The notes beneath the pieces are model-generated. The model ran no database searches. It had not been told where the DNA came from and saw only the letters and a list, made by a program, of their open reading frames with translations. From Octopus sinensis (lineage: Eukaryota), in the NCBI RefSeq assembly GCF_006345805.1, contig NC_043000.1:2976001-3040000 (forward strand): a stretch of DNA of 64,000 nucleotides. The letters run 5' to 3'. Shown piece after piece: positions 38,148-51,264 of the stretch. Made by a program: the position numbers and the translations under genes. Every line of letters starts with the position of its first letter. The first letter of the stretch is position 1.

Positions 38148-39714
38148 GTTCTAATTTTGTTAAATAAATTCTCAGTTCCTAAGAAACTAATAATGGTTTG
38201 GGTTGGCAACAATTAGAAGAAGAGTTTGATGAAAATGTAACTCCACTCTTGCGCCTGTCACTTACTCTTCAACTTTGGTTATGGACAAGTAAAATGATAT
38301 TGTTGTTGTTATTGTTGTTGGTGGTGGTTAACAGAAAAAAAAAACATCTTTTAAATTAAAATTACACTTGTTGTAAAGAAACAAAATTTTTTTTAAATAT
38401 TTAAAAGAAAAAATAATATAACACTTGTAGTGAACAGAAAAAAAAAATCTTTAATTAAAATCACACCTGTGGAAGGTAGTGATATTTAAACAATGAAATT
38501 TCGGTAATAAAAACTAAGTAGTGAAATGTGAGCAGCAAAATTAGTTTCAGTTTGGGTAATTAGAATGTTTTCAGCCTAGATGTAAGGTTTTTATAACTCA
38601 GAATACATTCTAAAATCTGTTATATTACTAGTTAGAGAAACATGAACAGTAAAATGTAGACAGGGAAATATGCCAGTGAATATAATAGGCTATGAAATTT
38701 GGGAACTTGAATGAAAAAAGTGAAATAGTTTTCTTGCTGTAGAGCAGCTACATCACCATCATCAACATCATTTAACATCTGTTTTTCATGCTGGCATGGG
38801 TTGGATGGATTGCAGGCATGGGTGTTTCTTAAGTAGCTTGGCCCAGGTGATTTTTGCATGGCACTAGCACAAGGGATTTTTACAGGGGTCGCCACATGGC
38901 TTGTAAGACAAGGACCTCTCAGCTGAGAGAGGGAGAGGAACTGAGAGAAGTGGCTGTGTGCCAAGCAAGAGGTAGGAGTATGATAGAGGATCAGTGATAG
39001 TTGTCATACTACAGAGGAGATACTGGGCTACCCCACCCAAATTTTAGAAAAGCGGAGAGAATGTTTGGGTGAAGCCAGAAAGAGATAAAAATAGTGCCAA
39101 TGAGGTATCTGGACACTAGATGAAGTTCAAGACACTAGTTGATTAGAAGTAAGTCGGGTCAGATGAACTAGGAATGTGAATGGGTGGAATTTGCAAGTGT
39201 GTATGGGGGTTGTGAGAGATGGTGATTTTTACCTTTTCTACTTTGGCTCCCAAACTCCATAGCCTATATTTTTCACTGCCATATTCCTCTGACTAAATTT
39301 CCCTTTTCGTATTTCTTTATCAGGTAATAAAACAGAGTTTAGAATGTTTTGTTCATTATAAAACCTTTTGCATAGTTTGAAAACACATTGATTATCCTTA
39401 GCGATATTTCTATGTAATTCTTACTTGAGACCTGGATGTAGCATGTCCAAATTGTTGAGAAGTTCGCTTTACATCACAAGGTCCAAGGTTCAATCCCAAT
39501 GCATGGTATGTTGGGCAAGTGCTTTTTTTTTTATCAAAACCTCAAATAGTCCAAAGCCTTGTGAGTCAAACTGGGCTGATGAAAACTATGAGGAAGCCTA
39601 TCAGATTGATTGTATCTGTCATTTAAAGGTCCAGCCTTGACCCACTGTATCAGGTTGATTTCACTTGAAGCTTACATTAAGGGTACACGTGTTTGTGGAG
39701 TGTTCATCCACTTT

Positions 39715-40150
39715 ACTTATTTAATTCCTTTGTTCCCCATGGAGTTGAGGCCATTGATGACACTTTCCCACTGCACTTGATTCTAGGCCGTCTTTTCTGC
39801 TTCTCTCTGGTTAAATCCCTGCTTTTTCAGCCCTGCCTCAGTATCCTACTTCCAGCTACTTTTAGGGCCTCTTCTCTTCTGCTTCCCTTGTGGACATATG
39901 TTTCCCTAAGGGAAAGCTTTCCTCTCCCCACTCTTGTTAGTTTTGAATTATCATCAATGCTTCTGTAACTTTGATTTTTGTAGGTAGATGTGTTGGCCCT
40001 ACACAAACCCATTTTTAGCCCCTAGGAAGAGGTGGTCCATATTAGTCTGGCCTCTATCCTTTGACCTGTTCAGCATGGGGAGCCCTACCAGGAGCTTGCT
40101 GATACAAGCTACTACAGCTTGTATACTGAGGATACAAGCTACTACACTGC
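39715..40150 (-). mobile_element. RTE-derived internally deleted element (5'UTR-like segment + ORF 3' end)
   Basis: Minus strand: agctcctggtagggctccccatgctgaacaggtcaaagg...gggtttgtgtagggccaacac resembles RTE leader sequences; then GPKSSWK*DTEAGLKKQGFNQREAEKTA*NQVQWESVINGL resembles an RTE C-terminus. Confidence 0.65.
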
Positions 40151-40204
40151 AACAAAAAAACTAGATATTATAGTGGAGTGGTGGAATGTTCAACCACTTA
40201 CATG

Positions 40205-40432
40205 TTAACTCTTTAGCACACAGATTATTCTATCAAATATATTACTCTTTCATTCACATTGTTTTTAATTGATCAGGTATTATTTTGTAGTTTCAATATC
40301 ACGACGATGAAATTGTATATTTTTAGAATGGCATTGAAGGGTAAGTGTGATAGGCTGGATCTGGCTATTTAGAACATAAAATAGGTAACACATTTGGGCA
40401 GAATATGGCCAGTTTAAGTGCTAAAGGGTTAA
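40205..40432. mobile_element. TTAA-flanked MITE (P1)
   Basis: TTAA-ctctttagca ... tgctaaaggg-TTAA. Confidence 0.8.
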
Positions 40433-40682
40433 TTCAATGAGCAGGTAGTTGGAAACAGGAGGAGACCAATTAGTTAAGATCTAATCAGGGCATATTGGTA
40501 GCTGTGATAATATCTGTAAATTCTGAGAATTTGATGGAGATGTTGCTAAGGATAATCATTGTTTTCAACTTGGATGTAATGTTTTATAATATAAGAATGC
40601 ATTCTAAACTCCATTGTATTATTTGGTAGAGAAATATGAACTGTGAAATGTATGCAGAGAAATATAGTAGTAAAAAATATAT

Positions 40683-41088
40683 AGGAGTGGCTGTGTGGTA
40701 AGTAGCTTGTTTACCAGCCACATGGTTCCGGGTTCAGTCCCACTGCGTGGCACCTTGGGCAAGTGTCTTCTACTATAGCCTCGGGCCGACCAAAGCCTTG
40801 TGAGTGGATTTGGTAGACGGAAACTGAAAAGAAGCCCGTCATATATATGTATATATATGTGTGTGTGTGTTTGTGTGTCTGTGTTTGTACCCCTGACATT
40901 GCTTGACAACCAATGCTGGTGTGTTTATGTCCCCGTCACTTAGCGGTTCGGCAAAAAGAGACCGATAGAATAAGTACTGGGCTTACAAAAAGAATAAGTC
41001 CTGGGGTCGAGTTGCTCGACTAAAGGCGGTGCTCCAGCATGGCCGCAGTCAAATGACTGAAACAAGGAAAAGAGTAAAGAGTAAAGAG
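40683..41088 (+). mobile_element. SINE family A, full length, near consensus
   Basis: Head, microsatellite core and tail intact. Confidence 0.95.
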
Positions 41089-43439
41089 AGTCTATGGAAT
41101 TTGGAAGTTAAAATGTAAAAAGCGAAATGTAAGTAGCAAAATCTAAGCAATGCCATGTGTATAATGTTTAGACAATGAAATTTGGGTAGTGAAAAATGAG
41201 TAGTGAAATGTGAGCAGCAGAATGTGAAATGGTGTAAAGATAGAAATGTGAGATGAGATATATGAATGGTTGTTGAATATAGAGGTATTATGAGAAGAAA
41301 TAGTGGGAGAATGGAGTGATGGGTGTCTGAAGTAACTGGGAATGATTGCTTATTTGGAAATAACCAGAGAGAAATGATGACGGTGGTGGTGGTGGCGGTG
41401 GCGACGACGATGATGACGACGATGACGACGACGACGATGATGACAACGACGATGACAACGAACAGTATATTGACGATGATACCGATAATGACAATTTGCT
41501 GTCCATAATATGAGGAAAGACAGAAAGGTATTAAGATATATCATTGAAGTAGGCTTAAGAAGTAGTCTCTTTGGCTCCTACATAATGATGATAATGATGA
41601 TGATGATGGCAATGCTGATAATGATGGTGATAATAACGATAACATGCTGTATATAATAATCCGAGAAAAGATGATAATCATCATCATTGCCATCTTAAAG
41701 ACAAGGTTCTGTGATTACAATACACTACTCAAGTAGTCTTAACACAGTTGTTTTTTTTTTCACTTCTACTGACTTCTATTTCTCTTTTCCATTTTTGTGG
41801 GGGCGGATAATGAGAATTATTTAGGCACAGCAGAACTGGAGAAGAATAAGTATAGTGGGTGGGATTTGTTTGTCAGTTCTGTAGTCCATTGATTACAAAA
41901 CCTGTCCTTTTCTTAACTGTGCATTACTAAGGTTATCTTCTTTACTGCTATTAAGACAGACATTTTGCCTGAATATTTTATAATCAATGATTTTACTGCA
42001 ACACCCACTCCAGTTAAAAATACTGCAAATTATATATATAATTTCATTGAAAAACTCTTCTTCATTCAATAAAAGCTCTTCAATCGAGCCACAATGTCCG
42101 TACATCTGTGTTAACTACATGTAGAACTATTGATAGAACTGCTCTTTCTTCATACTCTCCTCACCTTTTTCTCGTTTTTAATTGCAACAGCAAAACAACA
42201 ACAACAACAAATTGAATGAAAATCTATTGTTACATCATAGATGTTCTATTTAAATATTTCTTTTTGAATTTTTCTTCTTTTTTTTTTTATATATAATAGA
42301 AACTTTACCTTGTTTGTTAGTTTATCATAGCTGAAGCTAGAATCATATTGAGGCAAGACAAAAAGAAATGACCTTGCCTGTGTCTAGACTGAAATTTTGG
42401 AACCAATTGGATATAATCTATGTAGTTGTTTTATCTATAAATAGACAGAAAACTTGAGATTTCTCCATTGCGATGTAGTTTCAGTGAATATTTAACGAAA
42501 TCAATCAATTTCTTCAAGTGCACTACATCCAGGGTTGAACGACAGACGTTGTTCTCATTTAAATATCACTCTTAAAATTGAAATTTTTATTTTATTTTAT
42601 TTACATTTTCGTATTTTTTTAAAGAACTCATTTTAAAACTGCAGCTGACAACTAATCCAGAAGAGAGAAAGAAAATGAAAAAAAGATAGAGGGTGGAAAA
42701 AAAATGTATATTTCTTATTACGGTGAAAGGAAAAAAGATGAAGATTGAAAAATAAATATATAAATAATATTATTAAGTATATGAAATCAATAAATATGGA
42801 AGAGAAACGTTATTTATTGAGATTCTGATAGGTTGACAGATGTTTGAGTGGGTTGGTAGGTCCCTCTCTCTATTTCTAGAATCATGGCTCAATTAACAGG
42901 CAATTCTTATCTATAGTTGAGACAGAGACACTGCAGAACATGGAAGACAGGGGTAAGGTTATGAGACAAACAGTGTAGAGTTCTAGCATGTTGTGTGTGA
43001 ATATAGCATTATTATATAGCAGAACGAATGAGATTGGGTTAATATGTACAAGAGAAATGAGACAGCATTGCATTATGGGGTTAATGAGGAGAGAATTAAC
43101 AGGTTTAAGATGAGTACAGCAGGGAGTTAACAAGGTGATGTTAGCATATGAAAAGCAAATATAATATAGAATAACAGTTCAACGCTAACCCAGTCTTGTC
43201 ACTTCTTAAGATACATCGACTGATGCATCCATTTGTGTGCATGCATGTTTATATGAATACACACTTATGTATGTGTGTGAATTTCTAAGTATGTATGTAT
43301 GTGTTATCATGTATTAGTGTTTGTGTGTGTGTGTATATGTATGCAAATATATATACTTAAGTATTAATCTATGAGTGTGTGTGTTTATCGATAATGGCAT
43401 GAAATTGTGAGGATTTGTGTGTGTACTTGTATGAATACA

Positions 43440-43511
43440 TACTTATGAGTGTACTTGTATGTATTCTCATGTATTAGTGTTTGTGTGTGTGAGTATATGT
43501 ATATATATATA

Positions 43512-43547
<36 letters not shown>

Positions 43548-43599
43548 AATATACATATATGTATGTATATATATATATGTATGTATATATGTGTGTATG

Positions 43600-43651
<52 letters not shown>

Positions 43652-43881
43652 ACTATATACTTAAGTGTTAGTGTGTGTGTTTATCAGTAAAGGTGCGAAA
43701 TTGTGATGGTTTTTAGTCAAAAACTGATGAGGGATGAGCATGTCCACATCTTGTGTGTATTTTTTTCTATATGTTCGTTTGTTGTCTTTCTGTGCAATTA
43801 TTCACTCACTCTACACTGATAGATGATAGATAGATTGATAGAGAGATAGAGAGAGAGAGAGAAAGAGAGAGGGACAGAGAT

Positions 43882-43940
<59 letters not shown>

Positions 43941-43950
43941 CTTGTATTTA
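43440..43950. repeat. (TA)n/(TG)n and (GA)n/(GATA)n microsatellites
   Basis: Direct reading. Confidence 0.92.
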
Positions 43951-44448
43951 AGTGGTAAAGTGTGTGTGTGTGTGCATGCATGTATGTGCATGTGTATGTC
44001 TGTATGTGAAGCAGTATGCTATGTACTGTTGGTAATATGTACTATAAGATCATCATAGTATTCTTATATGTAAATACATTTAAATTCGTTGATTGATGTC
44101 TGCATTTTGAAAAATACTGAATTTTTTTAATTTCCTGAAATTCGTTACAGAAAAAAATGTGTACAAAAATCAATATAAATAATGAAAGAAATGAAATGAA
44201 TTGGATGCACTTTTATGAGTTTATTAACTTAGATCAGCATACACCAATAAATAAATAGAATTTAAAAAATTTTTATTTTTGAATATTGTAAACGAGATGT
44301 TTTGATATTTCATTCTTCTTGTCTTTCTTCATGAGCCTATAGTAACTGAGTTAGTGATGTAGCTTGTGTGTGTACTGCCCAGGGGCAGCCTTTGAGTTTT
44401 CCACTCCCACTTCAGGAGCCCCAAACTTATACAGCACACCCAAAAGTG

Positions 44449-44688
44449 AATGACCGTGGGATTGCACCTAGAAAGTTACCCTCCTAGACACAAGTCCGGG
44501 CAAGGTTGTTTATGGAAGACCAGCAGTCGCCCATGCATACCAGCCTCCCCTCTGCACGCCACCAGTGTTATCCAAGGGAAAGACCAAGGTCGATACAGCT
44601 TGGCACCTGTGACGTCGCAACTCATTACTACAGCTGAGTGAACTGGAGCAACGTGAAATAAAGTGCCTTGCTCAAGAACACAACCACA
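44449..44688 (-). mobile_element. SINE family E central segment + tail Z
   Basis: Minus strand: gtgttcttgagcaaggcactttatttcacgttgctccagttcactcagctg...aatgag then a third tail (gcgacgtcacaggtgccaagc...tgcaatcccacggtcattc). Confidence 0.7.
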
Positions 44689-44880
44689 ATAAAAGCATCA
44701 CTTGAAATGGATGCCACCCTTCTTTATACCACTTCTAGTTACATTATTGAACTGAGGGTATTTTAAATTTGTTTTCTGATTAGCATTGCTCTTTCTACAT
44801 TCAAATCTGTATCCATTTTCACATGCTTTCCATCTTCAAAATTTCTAACAAAAAAAGTAAAATAAAAAATAGCATAAATG

Positions 44881-45149
44881 GAGGCATGGCTGTGTGGTAA
44901 GAAGTTTGCTTTCCAACCATATGGTTTTGGGTTCAGTTTCACTGCATGGTACCAAGGGCAAGTATCTTGCCTCAAGCTGACCAAAACCTTGGGCTTCTTT
45001 CAGTTTCTACCTGCCAATTCCACTCACAAGGCTTTGGTTGGCCCGAGGCTATAGTAGAAGACACTTGCCCAAGGTGCCACACAGTGGGACTGAACCCGAA
45101 ACCACGTGGTTTGTAAGCAAGCTACTTACCACACAGCGACTCCTACGCC
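44881..45149. mobile_element. Two SINE A head halves joined in inverted orientation
   Basis: + head 44881-44990 abuts - head 44991-45149. Confidence 0.8.
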
Positions 45150-45544
45150 TATCTCCATTTTTTGTGTGGATCCCTTTGATTCCTATTTTACTCCAGTGGA
45201 CCCCTGCTGCATAGCCATTCAATGCTTTAAAAAAATCCCCTTGTATTTTTATAATGAAGTATTATTAACAATTGTATATAAAAAAGTGTTAAATATTTTG
45301 AGCTTTGTACAAGTATAAGTAATTTATTGCATATAAATTTTAACAACAAAATCTTACAGGGACCCCCATGGACCCCAGTTGAGAATCACTGATCTATTTT
45401 GTGGTTGGGTTATTGGCAACTTAAGTGATAACGCCACTCTAGGTTCTCATATTGGTGTGTGTAGGGTGGATGACACTCTGACTAGACAAATATAAAATAC
45501 CTTTCTTTATGTGTGAACAAACTCAACGAAGCAGAAACTATCCA

Positions 45545-45772
45545 TTAACCCTTTCATTACCATATTTATTTTGAGATGCTCTGTGTTTCTTTCAATTATT
45601 TTAAATATAACAAAGGTTTTAGTAAAATAACTTAGTTATCATTCAGCTAGTGTTAGGAATGTAAATTGTGACTAAGGCTTGGTGGAATATTTTAATTCAA
45701 AACTTATGATAACAAGACATTTGTACTACAGAGCCACAGCCGATTTTGGCCGGGTTAGTAACAAAAGGTTAA
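45545..45772. mobile_element. TTAA-flanked MITE (P2)
   Basis: TTAA-ccctttcattacc ... gtaacaaaagg-TTAA. Confidence 0.8.
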
Positions 45773-46430
45773 ACCTGCAAATTGAACAGAGACTCATTAA
45801 GGTGTTTGAGTCTAGCATTGCTAACAACATCTACAGTTGGTTGTCTCATTCAGATATACTGGATTTGTCTTTCCTCTGATTCAAGGAAATCTGTGAGAGA
45901 GATGCCCCTATGTAAATGTGAGAGACAACAACCAAAGTAGCTTAAATCAGTTCTGGTTAAGATTATTATCATTTCATTGTTTACATTGTTGAAAGTGACA
46001 GATGCATACAAGTACTGTGGCATGACTGTGTGGTCAGAAGCTTGCTTCCTGACCACATGGCTTTTGGGTTCAGTCCCACTGTGTAGCACCATGTGAAAGC
46101 ATCTTCTACTATAGCCCCAAGCTGACAAAGCCTTGTGAGTGGATTTGGTAGATAAAAACTGAAAGAAGCCCATTGAGTTGTACCCATAAATTAAAAAGGG
46201 TCAAATTCATCAGTCTGTGTCATGTTCAGTCTTCCTGAGAACTACATTGAGGGTACATGTGTCTGTGAAGTGCTCGGCCACTTGCTTGTTAATTCCACAA
46301 ACAGGCTGTTCTCTTGACCGAATCAATTGAAACACTCGTCGTAATTCATGAAGAGCCAGGTCAATATGTGTGTGTGTGTGTGCATACCTTTGTCTTGACA
46401 TGGATGTGATGATTGTGAACAAGCATTACT

Positions 46431-46663
46431 TATTTCTTTATTACCCACAAGGGGCTAAACACAGAGGGGACAAACAAGGACAGACAAACGGATTAAGTCC
46501 ATTACATCGACTCCAGTGTGTAACTGGTACTTAATTTATCGACCCCGAAAGGATGAAAGGCAAAGTCGACCTTGGCGGAATTTGAACTCAGAACGTAACG
46601 GCAGACTAAATACAGCTACGCATTTCGCCCGGCATACTAACGTTTCTGCCAGCTCGCCGCCTT
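46431..46663 (-). mobile_element. SINE family B, full length with TSD
   Basis: 13-bp TSD aacaagcattact at 46418-46430 and 46665-46677. Confidence 0.95.
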
Positions 46664-47259
46664 AAACAAGCATTACTGTCATACTGGCTATGCTGTTCAT
46701 GTCTAGTCTTCTGGGGAAAAGATGCCTGTCTGTAGAAAACTTGCCATAACAAAATTCTGTCTCTCACATGAAAAGCATGGACAAGTGGATGTTAAAAACA
46801 ATGATGATGATGATGCTGTTGATGATATATAAGTAATAACAATAATAAGGTTAGTTAGAAAGAAATTGTTCTTTATATTCAGATACAGAAAGTCTTCAAA
46901 TTTCCCCAAGAAATTAAACAAAATAAAATAAAATAAAATAAAGTTACAGTTAAGAATTTGTCTCTACTGGCAGTTGAGGCACCAGCATTCTCAAGTGCTT
47001 GACAAATTCTTCATTGTTATGGCATAAATATTTTATTTTATTTCACTTCATATCATTTTAATTCATTTCCTGGGAAAATTTCAAGACTTTCTTTATTTGT
47101 ATATAAATATACTATGGAAAAAAATTACTGCATTTCTTCTGACTAAGCATATTATTATTACCAATATACTGTTCTGTACACTACCAAAAACATTTTATTA
47201 GTATATTTCTGTCTGTCTGTCTGTCTCTCTCTCTCTATCTCTCTTTCTCTCGCTATATA

Positions 47260-47298
<39 letters not shown>

Positions 47299-47389
47299 GA
47301 AATGAAGAAATGCTGACAAATAATTGAAGTAATTTAAGTATTTAATTAGGTGAAAGTTCTTTTACCGGTTGCGCATTTGTTATGCTTAT

Positions 47390-47405
47390 CAAAATATATA
47401 TATAT

Positions 47406-47483
<78 letters not shown>

Positions 47484-47794
47484 AAGCGCAATGGCCCAGT
47501 GGTTAGGGCAACGGACTCGCAGTTGTGGGATCGCGGTTTCGATTCCCAGACTGGGCGTTGTGAGTGTTTATTCAGCGAAAACACCTAAATGCTCCATGAG
47601 GGTCCAGCAGGGGGTGGTGGTAATCCCTGCTGTACTCTTTCACCGCAACTTTTTCTAACTCTTTCTTCTGTTGGCCTACTTGCTTAGCCAGCGAGGTGGC
47701 GTCATTTGAAGGCTAAAACAATGCAAAAGCGCATTGTGACCAGTGATGTGTAGCAACATCTGATAGCTTGGTCGGTCACGGTGACGGTGATATA

Positions 47795-47890
<96 letters not shown>

Positions 47891-48196
47891 AAGCGCAATG
47901 GCCCAGTGGTTAGGGCAACGGACTCGCAGTTGTGGGATCGCGGTTTCGATTCCCAGACTGGGCGTTGTGAGTGTTTATTCAGCGAAAACACCTAAATGCT
48001 CCATGAGGGTCCAGCAGGGGGTGGTGGTGATCCCTGCTGTACTCTTTCACCGCAACTTTTTCTAACTCTTTCTTCTGTTGGCGTACTTGCTTAGCCAGCG
48101 AGGTGGCGTCATTTGAAGGCTAAAACAATGCAAAAGCGCATTGTGACCAGTGATGTGTAGCAACATCTGATAGCTTGGTCGGTCACGGTGACGGTG

Positions 48197-48203
<7 letters not shown>
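47390..48203 (+). repeat. Tandem duplication (~407 bp) of microsatellite + SINE D/tail X
   Basis: SINE bodies 47482-47790 and 47889-48197 differ at 2 positions by eye; flanking (TA)(CA)(TA)(TG) pattern also repeated. Confidence 0.93.
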
Positions 48204-48238
<35 letters not shown>

Positions 48239-48244
48239 AAATAT

Positions 48245-48900
48245 CGTCAGCATCATCATCTAACATTTGTTTTCCATACTGGTATGGGTTGGATGGTTTG
48301 GGTTGGATTTGGGTTGGATTTGGTGAGCTGAAAGGATCTGCAGCACTCTGCTAATCTCCAGTGTTAGCTTTGACATGATTTCTATGGCTAGATACCCTTC
48401 CTAATGCCAGCCACTTTGCTGTGTATACTGGGTTCTTTGGTTTCTTTCTTTTTTTTTTTTTTTGCTAATGCCACCAGCATTAGTAAGGTTGCCTAGTAAC
48501 TTGCAATACAGATTACTTGTCTGCCTCGCTATCACCAGTCACCCCATTTTGCTATGTTCACATGAGCTGATTTGGTCTTCTCCAAAGCAATGTCTTACCT
48601 GTTTTTGCGATCCCTTGTCACCTCCTTTATGAGGTTCAGCAGCTTATTTCTTGGTATTAGCAAGCTGAACCTGTAGTCCTCTTGATAAGGATCTCTCCAC
48701 AATAATCACTTGTCACTTCTTTACCCAACTGTCATCTCCAAATGCATTACATCTGTATTTGTGCAATTTCTCTCTTACACACTAAATCTGATCTCTCTAG
48801 AAGCCAAATTTTCTCTCAGCTCATTTGAATTCTGTTGTTCATGTAATATAGAGCATGTTCGCTTCATATCTTTACCTGTAGCCTGTGCTAATCATCCATA
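48245..48900 (-). mobile_element. Old RTE LINE 3' fragment
   Basis: (CAT)n tail at ~48250; degenerate minus-strand ELREKL..., DDSWVKK, EVTRDR motifs. Confidence 0.6.
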
Positions 48901-49099
48901 CTGAATGCCCATGACACACCCTTCCACACATATACACACATAGGACTCGTGCCTCTTACACTAGCATCCTAAAATCATTCCCTCATGGCCCATAAAGCTA
49001 ATAGTTCTTCAGATTGTTTCAGCCCACTTTTTACTCTCTCTCTCTTACGATTCCAGAAACACCAAATATCTTTCAAAGGGTAAAAGAAGCTGCCAATAC

Positions 49100-49131
<32 letters not shown>

Positions 49132-49417
49132 TGATGGTGATGATGATGATGATGATGATGATTGTGTGTATGTCTGTGTGTGTGTGTGTAATATCTTAAA
49201 CTTAGCATTTCCTTGCAAGCCACATGTATGAAGTTAACCAATTTTCAATTGGTGATCAATAAATAGGCCTTGCTCCCTTATACCCATGGCTTGCCAGGAA
49301 AATCTGAGTACTGCATGTGAGTGGTCCTTGTTTGTGTGATATGTTAAACATGTTCCTCTGTTCCAGTGATATTGCGGCCTATTTCTTTAGTTATTACACA
49401 TATGGTTAGCCAGCTAT

Positions 49418-49885
49418 ATGATGATGATGATGACGTCTGCTTTCCATGCAAGCATGGGTTGGACGATTTGACTGAGGTCTGGTGAACCACATGGCTGCAC
49501 CAGACTCCAATCTGATCTGGCAGAGTTTCTACAGCTGGATGCCCTTCCTAACGCCAACCACTCCAAGAGTGTAGTGGCTGCTTTTACATGCCACAAGCAT
49601 GAGGGCCAGTCTGGCGTTACTGGCAATGGCCATGCTCAAATGGTGCTTTTTATGTGCCACCTGCACAGGAGCCAGTGCAGCAGTACTTACAACGACCTCC
49701 CTCGAGTGTTTTTTCACATGCCACCAGCACAAGTGCCAGTAAGGCGACGCAGGTAATGATCACGCTCGAATGGTGCTTTTTACATGCCACTGGCATGGAG
49801 GTCAGCTTGTTGCTCTGGCAACGATCACGCTCGTATGGTAATCTTAGCGCTCCACTAGCACGGATGCCAGCCATCGAATTTGATT
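49418..49885 (-). mobile_element. Family C retroposon, 4-5 internal units
   Basis: Units at ~49576, 49641, 49706, 49771. Confidence 0.85.
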
Positions 49886-49976
49886 TTGATTTCGATTTTA
49901 TATATATAAGTATATATATAAGTAATGTATGTGTGTGTGTGTGCGTGAGTGTATTATTTTTACAACAAAATGTTTG

Positions 49977-50020
49977 ACAGTGACTTCAAAGTTTCAGATT
50001 ATTTACCTTCATCAGGCTGT
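49977..50020 (-). ncRNA. Minimal type-I hammerhead ribozyme motif with intact core
   Basis: ACAGC-CUGAUGA-AGGU(aaaua)AUCU-GAAA-CUUUGAAG-UC-ACUGU; all conserved core bases present, GUC site; one C-A mismatch at the base of stem I; near-palindromic stem III. Confidence 0.65.
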
Positions 50021-50245
50021 GTATGTGCATGTGTATTATTAAATCTATTATCATTTTAATGTCCAATTTTCCATACTAGCATAGGGCAGATGGATCATTA
50101 AGGGAGATTTTTGAGGGATTACTGCCTTTCGTATCACCAATCCTCACCTGTTACGAAATAAGATAATATTTTGTCATGGCCAGACATGTTTTCACAGAAA
50201 ATGAAAGATACCGTCTATTTACAACTATTGTGCAATGAGAATTGC

Positions 50246-50279
<34 letters not shown>

Positions 50280-50480
50280 GATACACACACACATGTATAT
50301 ACACACACACATGTATATACACACAAGTAAGACAGGTTTCTTACTGTTTCTGTCTACTAAATCTATTCACAAGGCTTTGGGCAGCCTGAGGCTTCAGTGG
50401 CAAAAAGTAGCCCAAGGTACCATGCAGTGAGATTGAAGCTGAAACCAGATGGGTGGGAAGCAAAGTTATCAACCACACAG

Positions 50481-51074
50481 CATACATACACATACATACA
50501 TACATACATACATACATACATACATACATACACATACATACACACACACACATACATACATACATACATACATACATACATACATTCACATACATATGTA
50601 CATGCATACATACACACATACACATACATACATACATACATACACACACATACATACATACATACATGCATACATATACACACACATACATAGACACACA
50701 CACACATACATACATACATACATACATACATTCACATACATACATACATACATACATTCACATCCATATGTACATACATACACACACACATACATACACA
50801 CACACATATATACATACATACACACATGCACATACATACATACATTCACATACATTCATACATACATACATACATACATACATACATACACACACATACA
50901 TACATACATACATACATACACACACATACATACATACATACATTCACATACATACATACATACATACATACATACACACACATACATACATACATACATA
51001 CATACATACATACATACATACACATACATACATACATACATACATACATACACACACATACATACATACATACA

Positions 51075-51110
<36 letters not shown>

Positions 51111-51119
51111 TATACATAT

Positions 51120-51150
<31 letters not shown>

Positions 51151-51176
51151 CATACATATATACATACATACATACA

Positions 51177-51210
<34 letters not shown>

Positions 51211-51230
51211 CATATATATACATACATACA

Positions 51231-51264
<34 letters not shown>

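Noticed and set aside
41893-42105. 70-aa minus-strand ORF (MYGHCGSIEELLLNEEEFF...) as an exon
   Set aside because: No recognisable domain, weak acceptor, in-frame stops just upstream; could be an old TE remnant
43695-43740. GAAA...CTGATGAG as a type-II hammerhead
   Set aside because: Stem II has one pair and stem III is only wobble pairs
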